Shown here: in pieces, positions 52,598 through 61,179 of the stretch
How the letters are laid out: the number at the start of each line of letters is the position of its first letter
Position numbering within the stretch: the first letter of the stretch is position 1
Assembly: GCA_963752335.1 (NCBI GenBank)
Contig: CAVVXW010000001.1
Location: forward strand, 345,726 to 409,725
DNA length: 64,000 nucleotides
Direction of reading: 5' to 3'
From: an uncultured Acidimicrobiia bacterium
Lineage (GTDB): Bacteria; Actinomycetota; Acidimicrobiia; IMCC26256; JAENVU01
The notes under the pieces: model-generated
What the model was told of the DNA's origin: nothing
What the model saw: the letters and a program-made list of their open reading frames with translations, nothing else
Databases searched by the model: none
Translations under genes and position numbers: made by a program

Positions 52598-54088
52598 TCA
52601 GCCGCCGAGCGCGACCGCCGGGGTCACCAGCTGATCCCCGTACCACCGGAAACGGGGTGAGTAGGGGAATCCCTTCGTCGCCCGGTAGTCCAGCGTCGAT
52701 CCGGTGCCGTGGCGGACGTCGACGAGCAACGATCCGCTCAGCAGCCATGTCCCGTCGGACGAGGTCGTGCAGTCCTGGTCCAGGCCCACCGACGTCGACG
52801 TGGCCACGGAACGTGCGCTGTTGGCTCCGACATCGAACAGCCCGAGCCCGGTCTCGGTGACGAAGAGCACTGAGCCGGTGTCGCCGATACGACAGGCGCT
52901 CCGGGCACCGGTGCGAGCCGTGCCGATGTTCGCCTTCTTGCCGCCGGAGCCGTCCGCCCGGACCACGAACGTGCCGTTGCCGTCCACGAGGAGTGACCCC
53001 GCGTCGGCGGACCAGCTGATCGGGGCGCCCTCGCGCGCGACCTTCGTGCGCTTCCTCGACGTCAGATCCACGACGTAGACACCATCGTCGAACGCGAAGG
53101 CGAGTTGCTTGGCGTCCGGCGACACCACGGGACAGTCGAGCCGGCGGGTGGTCGACGCGTCGCCCACGTCGATCTCGCTGCCGTCGGTGGCGTCGTAGAC
53201 CATCCACCGATCGGACGTCGCATCACGTTGCTCCCAGGTGAGGAAGCGTCCGCACGCGCGGCTCTGCAGATTCGACGTGGGGAACTCCGCGCTGAGACTC
53301 CGGCTGGCGCCACCCGCGACCGCGCGGAACGCCTGTCGGTGGAGCGACGACGGGTTCGTGTCCGCGTACAGGACGACCGGCGTTCCCCCGTCGTCGAGCT
53401 GCGCGATCACCGACGCCTGTGCGATCGGGTCGAAGTGCCCGGACACGTCGTCCACGACCAGCAGTCCGGCCCGGGTCGCCGCCGTCACGGTGCTCCCCTC
53501 GGTGGAGAACCCGAGATCCACCCCCGGACGATTCCCGTACGAGGAGTCGCCCCCGGCCGACGACGCGGTCGCGCCCGAGATTCGGTGCAGATAGAGCTTG
53601 TCCGAGCCCGACACGAGGATCGCCTTCGCGTCCGGAGACCACGTGACCGCAGCGATCCGGGCGTCGTCGACATCCAGACGATCGACTTCCTTGCCGGACT
53701 TGACGTCGATGATCGTGACGCCGCCGCGGTTCACCGCGTCCTGCGCTCGCACGAGCGCGGCCCAGTGGCCGTTCTCGGAGACGACGGTCGGTGGAGACTG
53801 CTGCTGGTCCAGCCCGTCCGAGGATCGCGGAACGGCGTTGGCCGTCGCGAGGTACCACACCGGCGCGTTGATGGTGCCGTATCCCACACTCGAGACGGCG
53901 ACGAGCGGCGGCGTCTTCGAACGATCAGCGGTCGGGACCGCCGTCGACGTCGGGGTGGAGCCGGACAGCCGCGGCGCGGTCGTCGTCGACGTCGTGACGA
54001 CGACGTGCGCCGTGCTGCCCGAGCTCGAACAGGCCGCGGCGACACCCATGATGACCACCAACCCGATTGACCACGTTCGTGTGCGCAC
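52598..54088 (-). CDS. Lipoprotein with TolB/WD40-like beta-propeller repeats
   Basis: Lipobox 'AAAC', Ser/Thr linker, repeats 'WSPDAKAI', 'VSPDAKQLAF', 'WSADAGSL', 'SSDGTWL'. Confidence 0.75.
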   Translation of the reverse strand: MRTRTWSIGLVVIMGVAAACSSSGSTAHVVVTTSTTTAPRLSGSTPTSTAVPTADRSKTPPLVAVSSVGYGTINAPVWYLATANAVPRSSDGLDQQQSPPTVVSENGHWAALVRAQDAVNRGGVTIIDVKSGKEVDRLDVDDARIAAVTWSPDAKAILVSGSDKLYLHRISGATASSAGGDSSYGNRPGVDLGFSTEGSTVTAATRAGLLVVDDVSGHFDPIAQASVIAQLDDGGTPVVLYADTNPSSLHRQAFRAVAGGASRSLSAEFPTSNLQSRACGRFLTWEQRDATSDRWMVYDATDGSEIDVGDASTTRRLDCPVVSPDAKQLAFAFDDGVYVVDLTSRKRTKVAREGAPISWSADAGSLLVDGNGTFVVRADGSGGKKANIGTARTGARSACRIGDTGSVLFVTETGLGLFDVGANSARSVATSTSVGLDQDCTTSSDGTWLLSGSLLVDVRHGTGSTLDYRATKGFPYSPRFRWYGDQLVTPAVALGG

Positions 54089-54313
54089 CACGCCCTCCTC
54101 CACCGCGCCGGACACGAGGCGCTCCGACCCGGGTGCTCGATGGACGCTTCGACCCTGCCGCGGCGAGACGGTAGCCGCTCGTCGCGCGTGCTTGCGGCGC
54201 GGACGACGGCCGTGCCAGGCTCTCGCCGCGAAGCGGCCGGGGCAGACTGACTCGCGGATGGTGCTGCGCTGCTCCCTGCGGAGGACGACGCGCATCAGTG
54301 CAGGGACCGCCTG

Positions 54314-56329
54314 TGAAGACGAGGACGAGCGAGCGGGGCCGGCGCCGCCGCACGGGTCTGGTGTGGCGCTCGGCGCTCTGCGCGTTCATTCTCCTCGTGC
54401 CGGTCGCGTCGTCGCCGGCGGCACATGCTGCGAACGACGCGTGTGCCGGGGTGGACGAACAGGCGATCGCTCGCATCCTCGGACCGACGCGCAGCCCCGT
54501 GGCGACGGTCCTCGACGGGGAGAACGCGTGCGAGGTGGCGATCCCACCCGATCTCGAGCTGGTCGTGGTCGACTCGCACGACGGAGCGGACGGGTTCTCG
54601 CGCCGTCGCAGCGCGTTCGCCGACGGTTCCATCGAGGAGATCCACGACTACGTGAACGGCGCGTTCTTCGGGTGGGGCCGCGGCGGCTCCCTCGTGCTCG
54701 TCGCGCGCCGCGGCGACCAGACCGTGACCATGCGACTGACCGGCTCCGATGCGAATCTCGACTTCGACGGCGCCGACCCGGTCGCATCGGCGCCCGGTCG
54801 CGGGCCGAGTGGGTCGACCGCGGGTTCGGGGCTCTGGGTCCTGATGACGGACTACCTCAGCCGGACCGGCGACGCGTCCCAACGGCCACCCGGCACCGAC
54901 CTCACGGGCCTGTGGCGCACCGCCGACATCACTCCGTGCGCTCCGCGGGGATCTGGGCGTCCGCGTGACGCTGATCACCAGCACGGGCGGCGGGATTCGA
55001 GGCGTCAAACGCACCGGCGACAGCTGCCTCGACGACGGCGCCGTCGATCTCGAAGGCGCGGTCGCCGCCGGAGCCGGCTCCGGCCGCGCCTTCGGTCGCT
55101 TCGGCGACACGGTCGGGCGGGCCGGGCAGCCCTACGACCTGACCGTGGTGTCACCCACGCTGATCCGACTCAGCGGTCGGGCCGGGACGCTCCAGTACAC
55201 CAGGGAGTACACCCGACTCAGCTGGCCGGGCCTCGCGCCCGCCTCGGAGCCACACACGTCGTCACTGCTCGGGATCCCGACGCCGACGCAGACGCTCACG
55301 AAGAAGAACGTCCTGCTCTCGGGTCTGTTGGCCGTCCTGCTGTTCGCGATGGTCGCGTTCCCCACGACCGTGTTCAACAGCACGCTCGATGCGAATCTGG
55401 ATCACTACCGGGCGCTGCTGGCCCGGGTCCCGCGCCGCCGGCGGGAGCGGGCCGACGATGCGGTCCGGCCGATCTGGCACCAGCCTCGCGGTATCGCGCT
55501 GTACCTCGTGATGAGTGGCCTCCTCTACAGCGTCATGCAGCCGCAATGGGGGTTCAACGTCGCGACGATCATCACGTTCCTCGGTTTCACGGGAGCGTTC
55601 GTCCTCACGGGCCAGTTCGCGGTGTGGTCGACGCGGAGCTACCTGGCCCGGCAGTACCACGACGCCTCGGGACACACGCTCGTCGAGATCTCCACGCTCG
55701 TGATCGCCGCGGTGTGCGTGCTCGGGTCACGCGCGGTCGGCTTCGTCCCCGGATACCTCTACGGCGTCTTTCTCGTGTGGGAGCCGAACCATCGGCTCGA
55801 GGAGACCGACCTCCCGCACATCGCCCTCGTCGGCGGATGCTTCGCGCTCGTCGTGACGATCGTCAGCTGGCTCCTGATCCCGGTGATGAAGGGCTTCTCG
55901 GGCGACGCCGGCTCGATCAGCTCGGTTCCGCTCGCGATCGACAGTGGGGTGTTCGTGACCTCGGTGGAGGCACTGACGATCGGGATGATCCCGCTGCGAT
56001 TCCTCCCGGGCGCGATGCTGCGCGAGAACTTCCACAAGTCGTGGATCCTCCTGTGGTGCGCGGGTGGCTTCCTGTTCACCTTGGTGCTGCTGCGGCCAGG
56101 TCTCGTGTCCGGCCAGAGCCGGAACGTGGTCGGGACGGTGGTGCTCGCGGCGTGCGTCAGCGCCGCGGCGTTCGCGTTCTGGCTGTTCCACCGTGTGCGC
56201 CCGAGGCCATCGCCCGTCGTCGCGACGACGCAGGGGTCGGTGGCGCCCGCCACGCACGACGCGGCCGGGTCACGCCCGCCCCCGCCCGAGCCGTTGACGG
56301 GACTCCCCCCGCCACCGGTCATGGAGTGA
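54314..56329 (+). CDS. Large exported-domain membrane protein with an FGLLP-motif-like C-terminal TM region (frameshift near 54935)
   Basis: Signal peptide and extracellular domain, then about 9 TM helices with 'FPTTVFNSTLDAN', 'GFVPGYLYG', 'IGMIPLRFLPG'. Confidence 0.68.
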
Positions 56330-56428
56330 GCGGACCCACCATCAGACGGGTCCGAGCACCGGCGCGGAGGGAGCGCGAGCTGATCGCGCGGCTCGAGCAA
56401 CGCGAACCGGCGCCCGGCCCGGCACGCC

Positions 56429-56701
56429 TCAGTCGCCGGTCGTGGGATCGATCACCGCGCTGACGAGCGAGATGGTGTTCGCCGGGAAGCCCCCACAGCG
56501 CGCGTGCTCCATGAGGATCTCCTCGTCCGGAGCCGAGTAGACGCAGTAGATCTTGTCGTCGGTCACGTAGCTCGTCAGCCAGCGGATCTCGGGCCCGAGG
56601 CTCGCGATGACCTGATTGGACTTGCGGGAGATGTCCGCCAACTGGCCACCGGTGAGCTTGCCCGCACCGGGAAGCTCTCGCTCGATCACGTACTTGCCCA
56701 T
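56429..56701 (-). CDS. DUF4242-domain protein
   Basis: 'KYVIERELPGAG..W..SYVTDDKIYCVY.APDEE..EHA..GGFPAN.I'. AGGAGG SD. Confidence 0.88.
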   Translation of the reverse strand: MGKYVIERELPGAGKLTGGQLADISRKSNQVIASLGPEIRWLTSYVTDDKIYCVYSAPDEEILMEHARCGGFPANTISLVSAVIDPTTGD

Positions 56702-56729
56702 TGTGTCCTCCTGAGTTCGGTCGAGTAGG

Positions 56730-56764
56730 ATACTGCGAGTACGTATGATGCATACCGACGGTAC
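56730..56764. promoter_or_regulatory. Two probable TetR operators
   Basis: ATAC-N5-GTAC at 56730-56742 and 56752-56764 (22 bp apart), at the junction of the divergent DUF4242 and tetR genes. Confidence 0.5.
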
Positions 56765-57389
56765 GAATGTCAACCGGAAAGTCGCGCAGGGCCGGGAGAC
56801 CCGCGCGCACCTGGTCGCAGTCGGGCGCGCCCGGTTCGGTGCCCAGGGCTACGCCGAGACGGCGATGGACGACATCGCCGCGGCCGCAGGCGTGACCAAG
56901 GGCGCGCTCTACCACCACTTCGCCGGCAAGCCGGACCTGTTCCGTGCGGTGTACGAGGAGATCAAGCGCGAGATCACCGACCAGGTCGCGCCCTCGTTTC
57001 TCGAGCCGGCGCCACGGGACGCGCTCCTCGCCGGTTGCGAGGCGACGCTGGACGCCCACCTCGACCCGGTCGTCCGCCAGATCGTGATGGTGGACGGTCC
57101 CTCCGTGCTCGGTGCGGACGCGATCCACGAGATCGAGGGCCGCTACGGCGCAATCGTGCTCCGGGGCGCGCTGCGTCGAGCGATGCATGCCGGTGACATC
57201 AGACGCGCGCCGCTCCCGGTGCTCGCGCAGATGCTGAACGGCGCGCTCGTCGAAGCGTGCGTGCTCATCACGTCGTCCGCCGACCCGGAGCGGACCCGCG
57301 CCGAGGTGCGCGGCGTCCTCGCCCAGCTCTTCGACGCGCTGACTCCCGCGGGTGCCGAAGCACCGGGCGGGCCGGAGCCGTCGCGCTGA
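56745..57389 (+). CDS. TetR/AcrR family transcriptional regulator
   Basis: 'F..QGYAETAMDDIAAAAGVTKGALYHHFAGKPDLF'. Confidence 0.92.
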   Translation: MMHTDGTNVNRKVAQGRETRAHLVAVGRARFGAQGYAETAMDDIAAAAGVTKGALYHHFAGKPDLFRAVYEEIKREITDQVAPSFLEPAPRDALLAGCEATLDAHLDPVVRQIVMVDGPSVLGADAIHEIEGRYGAIVLRGALRRAMHAGDIRRAPLPVLAQMLNGALVEACVLITSSADPERTRAEVRGVLAQLFDALTPAGAEAPGGPEPSR

Positions 57390-57417
57390 CGACCCCGGCC
57401 CGCCGACACCCGTTCGC

Positions 57418-57918
57418 TCAGCTCGCCAGCGGTCCGCCGGTCTCGAGCAGGGTCTTGAGGTCCGAGAGGATGAAGGCCCATCCGCCCCCGCCCTCACCCA
57501 GGTCGGTCGAGCCCTCGATCATCGCCGCGGTGACCGGCGCGTCGGTGACGTCGTGGGTGACCGTCAGCCGCGTCACGCCGCCGTGCTCCGCGTGGATGTC
57601 CCATGTGAGCTCGTGGAACCCCTCGGCCACCTGGTCGGGCATGAAATGGAAGCGCCAGGTCTGCACCATGCGGTGAGGCGGGTCGAGCTCGACGATCTCG
57701 CCGTCCGCGGCGAGTGGGTCCATCTGCATCGCTTCGCACATGTCGGCCGGCATCAGCACCCGCATCTGACCGCCGGGACGCAGGTCGTACTCGGAGTGAC
57801 CCGGGTAGCCGTACTTCGCGGTCCACTCGGGTGACGTGATCGCCTCCCAGACCGCTTCGGGAGTCGCCTTGATGTAGACGCGGTACATCTGCGCGGTGCG
57901 CGTCGTGGTCTCGGTCAT
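57418..57918 (-). CDS. SRPBCC domain protein
   Basis: 'YRVYIKATPEAVWEAIT.PE', 'GEIVELDPPHRMVQTW', 'GWAFILSDLKTLLETG'. Confidence 0.9.
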   Translation of the reverse strand: MTETTTRTAQMYRVYIKATPEAVWEAITSPEWTAKYGYPGHSEYDLRPGGQMRVLMPADMCEAMQMDPLAADGEIVELDPPHRMVQTWRFHFMPDQVAEGFHELTWDIHAEHGGVTRLTVTHDVTDAPVTAAMIEGSTDLGEGGGGWAFILSDLKTLLETGGPLAS

Positions 57919-58235
57919 GCGGATTCCTCCAGGCTGTGTTTGAGGTCGGCGAGCGCGGAGACCCGACGCTCGGTGTACTTGTCGATCCAGCGGTCGTGCA
58001 CGAGCCGGATCGGCACGGGGTTCAGGTAGTGCAGCTTCTCCCGACCGGAGCGCTTCGTGACCACGAGCCCGGCCTCCTCGAGCACCCGCAGGTGCTTCAT
58101 GACGCCGAACCGCGTCATCTCGAGCCCGGATTCCAGATCGGTCAGCGTGCGGCCGTCCCGCTCGAAGAGCAGGTCGAGCAGGAACCGACGGGTGGGGTCG
58201 GCCAGCGCCTTGAACACCCGGTCGTCGTCCTGCAC
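57915..58235 (-). CDS. ArsR/SmtB family transcriptional regulator
   Basis: 'VFKALADPTRRFLLDLL..DGRTL..MTRFGVMKHLRVLEEAGLV..GREKLHYLNPVPI'. Confidence 0.93.
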   Translation of the reverse strand: MQDDDRVFKALADPTRRFLLDLLFERDGRTLTDLESGLEMTRFGVMKHLRVLEEAGLVVTKRSGREKLHYLNPVPIRLVHDRWIDKYTERRVSALADLKHSLEESA

Positions 58236-58241
58236 GCCATG

Positions 58242-58271
58242 AGAATAGGTGACTGTTTAGTCACCTGTCAA
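58242..58271 (-). promoter_or_regulatory. Leaderless promoter of arsR-SRPBCC with an embedded palindromic operator
   Basis: Minus strand TTGACA-N18-TATTCT, ending 6 nt before the GTG. Perfect palindrome AGGTGACT-N4-AGTCACCT (58247-58266) fills the spacer. Confidence 0.8.
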
Positions 58272-58330
58272 GAGGTGCGTTGGCACCCGAGCGAGGGCCG
58301 CGCCGCGGCGAGGCCCGTAACGTGCAGGTC

Positions 58331-59227
58331 GTGAGCGACGTCATCGAGGTCACCGATCTCCACAAGTCCTACGGCGACGTCCACGCCGTCCGTGGCATCG
58401 GCTTCTCCGTGCGGTCGGGCGAGATCGTCGCCGTCCTGGGGCCCAACGGCGCAGGCAAGACCACGATGATCGAGATGCTCGAGGGCTACCGGACGCCCGA
58501 TTCGGGATCCATCCGCGTGCTCGGCGCCGATCCGATGACCGGTGGGGTGGCCCTCCGCCAGCGCGTCGGCATCGTGCTCCAGGAGTGCGCGATCGATCCG
58601 TACCTCACGGTCGAGGAGGTCCTGCGGATGCACGCGGCCTACTACGACCACCCGCGAGCGCCGGCGGAGGCCATCGAGCTCGTCGGCCTGGCGGCGAAGC
58701 GCACGAGCCGGGTCAAGACGCTCTCGGGCGGACAGCAACGCCGTCTCGACGTGGCGCTGGGGATCATCGGTGACCCGGACCTGCTCTTCCTCGACGAGCC
58801 GACCACGGGCTTCGACCCCTCCGCCCGGCGGCAGGCGTGGGAGCTCGTGCACCGGCTCCGGGAGCTGGGCAAGACCGTGCTCCTCACCACCCACTACATG
58901 GACGAGGCCCAGGTCCTCGCCGACCGCGTCATCGTGATCGCGACCGGCCGGATCCTGGCCACCGGGAGTCCGGACGAGATCGGTGGACGAGCCTCGGCGC
59001 GCGCCACGATCCGGATCCCCTGGCCCGTGGATCGCCCGCTCGACACACTCCCCCTCCCGGCGACACGCGACGGCGCGACCGTGACGCTGGAGACGGACTC
59101 CACCACCACGATCCTGCACACCCTCACCGGCTGGGCCATCGATCGGGGCGTGGACCTCGAGGGGATGACAGTGACGCGACCGTCCCTGGAGGACGTGTAC
59201 CTCCAACTCGTGGGGGACGACGCATGA
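58331..59227 (+). CDS. ABC-2 type (drug-exporter-like) ATP-binding protein
   Basis: 'GPNGAGKTT', 'LSGGQQRRL', 'FLDEPTTGFDP', 'LTTHYMDEA'. Confidence 0.92.
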   Translation: MSDVIEVTDLHKSYGDVHAVRGIGFSVRSGEIVAVLGPNGAGKTTMIEMLEGYRTPDSGSIRVLGADPMTGGVALRQRVGIVLQECAIDPYLTVEEVLRMHAAYYDHPRAPAEAIELVGLAAKRTSRVKTLSGGQQRRLDVALGIIGDPDLLFLDEPTTGFDPSARRQAWELVHRLRELGKTVLLTTHYMDEAQVLADRVIVIATGRILATGSPDEIGGRASARATIRIPWPVDRPLDTLPLPATRDGATVTLETDSTTTILHTLTGWAIDRGVDLEGMTVTRPSLEDVYLQLVGDDA

Positions 59228-59995
59228 ACCCGGCGCGCACCTTCGCGCACCAGGTCGGGTGGGAGCAGCGCAGCTTCTGGCGCAACCCCGCGAGCGCATC
59301 GTTCACGTTCGCGTTCCCGCTGGTGTTCCTCGTGGTGTTCATCGCGATCAACGGCAACGACACCGTCCGGCTCCCCGGTGGGCCGGTGAAGTTCGCGCAG
59401 TTCTACGTCCCCGCGATCGTCGCCTTCGGCATCATCGAGCGCGTCGTACACGAACCTCGCCTTCACGCTCTCGATCCGGCGGGACAACGGGCTCCTCAAG
59501 CGGGTCCGCGGGACGCCGCTTCCGCCGGGGCTCTACCTCGCCGGGCTCGGCGGGAACGTGATCGTCGTCAGCACGATCCTCACGGTGCTCGTGACCTTGC
59601 TCGGCATCCTCGTCTACGGCGTGACGTTCCCGGGCCGGTACCTCGGCTTGTTCGTGGACCTCGCGCTCGGGGCGTTCACCTTCGGGGCGATCGGATCGAT
59701 GGTCTCCACGTTCGTCCCCAACGAGGACGCCGCACCGGCGATCATCAACTTCATCGTCTTCCCCTTGCTCTTCATCTCGGGCACGTTCGGTCGCGTCGAT
59801 GCGTCCTCCACGCTCGGACGCATCGCGTCGGTGTTCCCGGTGTTCCACTTCAACAAGCTCCTGGAAGCCGCGTTCAACCCCAACGCGAGTGGCACGGGAC
59901 TGATCGCCTCACACCTCGCGGTCATCGCAGCCTGGGGTGTGGGTGCCCTGATCATCGCCGCGCGCCGGTTCAAGTGGGAGCCGAACCGTCGGTGA
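59224..59995 (+). CDS. ABC-2 type permease (frameshift near 59440)
   Basis: 'FWRNP..FTFAFPLVFL', 'LKRVRGTPL', 'FPLLFISGTF', 'RRFKWEP'. Confidence 0.88.
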
Positions 59996-60432
59996 CCGCG
60001 GGTCCGCGGATCGCGTTCGGTGCCGACGACACGAACGAGACCGTTCGGGCGGTGCGCGACCGGCTCGGGTCCCGCGGCGAGGTCGTCGAGATCGACGCGC
60101 TCACCTGGCCCTCGCTCGCCCGATGCGTCGGAGAGATGGTCGCGTCGGGCGACGCCGATCTCGGAGTGCTCATGTGCTGGACCGGTACGGGCACGGCGAT
60201 CGCAGCGAACAAGGTACGGGGAGTGCGCGCTGCGCAAGCCGCCGACGCCTGGACGGCGCGCGGGGCACGGCTCTGGAACGACGCGAACGTCCTCGCCCTC
60301 AGCCTCAAGCGGCTCGCTCCCGACGTCGCCGTCGAATGCGTCGACGCGTTCCTGGACACGACCGAGCCCGCTCCCGACGAGGCGAGTGCCATCGCGTTGC
60401 TGCGCTCGATCGACGACGACCGCGAGCGCTGA
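59992..60432 (+). CDS. RpiB/LacA/LacB family sugar-phosphate isomerase
   Basis: 'GVLMCWTGTGTAIAANKVRGVRAA..ARLWNDANVLAL'. Confidence 0.9.
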   Translation: MTAGPRIAFGADDTNETVRAVRDRLGSRGEVVEIDALTWPSLARCVGEMVASGDADLGVLMCWTGTGTAIAANKVRGVRAAQAADAWTARGARLWNDANVLALSLKRLAPDVAVECVDAFLDTTEPAPDEASAIALLRSIDDDRER

Positions 60433-60468
60433 GGACCCGGTCGGACCGGGAGGTAGCGTCCCCGCCCG

Positions 60469-60933
60469 ATGGATCCGGTGGTGCTCGACGAGCTGATGGA
60501 CCTCGCGCTCGACGAGGCGCGGGTCGCGCTGGAGCACGACGACGTCCCCGTCGGCGCGGTGGTGGTCCGGCGCGAGGACGCGACGGTGCTCGCGCGCCGC
60601 CACAACGAGCGCGAGCTCACCGGGGACCCGACCGCCCACGCGGAGCTGCTCGCGCTCCGCGACGCGGCCTCGATCCTCGGCCGCTGGCGACTCGACGAGT
60701 GCGCGCTCGTCGTGACCCTCGAGCCCTGCGCGATGTGCGCCGGTGCGCTCGTCAACAGCCGCATCGGCTTGGTCGCGTTCGGATCGCCCGACCCCAAGGC
60801 GGGCGCGCTCGGCAGCCGCTACCACCTGCTCGCCGACCCCCGCCTCAACCACGAGTGCCCGGTCCTGCCCGGCATCCGGGCGGAGGAGTCGGCCGGACTG
60901 CTCCGGGGCTTCTTCGCGAGCCGTCGGTCCTGA
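60469..60933 (+). CDS. tadA: tRNA adenosine(34) deaminase
   Basis: 'DVPVGAVVV', 'HNERE..DPTAHAE', 'VTLEPCAMCAGA', 'DPKAGA', 'LNH'. Confidence 0.92.
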   Translation: MDPVVLDELMDLALDEARVALEHDDVPVGAVVVRREDATVLARRHNERELTGDPTAHAELLALRDAASILGRWRLDECALVVTLEPCAMCAGALVNSRIGLVAFGSPDPKAGALGSRYHLLADPRLNHECPVLPGIRAEESAGLLRGFFASRRS

Positions 60934-60991
60934 GGAGGCCGTCGGTACACTGACCGGCTCGTGTGGTGGCGCTCCGGTGCCATCGTGCCGA

Positions 60992-61079
60992 GGAGGGGTG
61001 CGAGAGCGGCCGAATCGGATGGTCTCGAAAACCATTGTGGCGCAAGCCACCGTGGGTTCAAATCCCACCCCCTCCGCCA
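60992..61079 (+). tRNA. tRNA-Ser(CGA)
   Basis: GGAGGGG/CCCCTCC acceptor, ATGGT-CT-CGA-AA-ACCAT anticodon arm, long variable arm, encoded CCA. Confidence 0.97.
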
Positions 61080-61105
61080 CCGACCCGGGCCTCGACCCGG
61101 GTCGG
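61080..61105 (+). terminator. GC-rich hairpin directly after tRNA-Ser(CGA)
   Basis: CCGACCCGGG-N6-CCCGGGTCGG, a perfect 10-bp stem with no U-tract (common in Actinobacteria). Confidence 0.6.
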
Positions 61106-61179
61106 CTCGCGTGACCCGAACCACCCCGGGCGGCCGTGGCGGCCGTCAAGCGCCGGGCGCCGGGCGCCGATAGCCCGGT

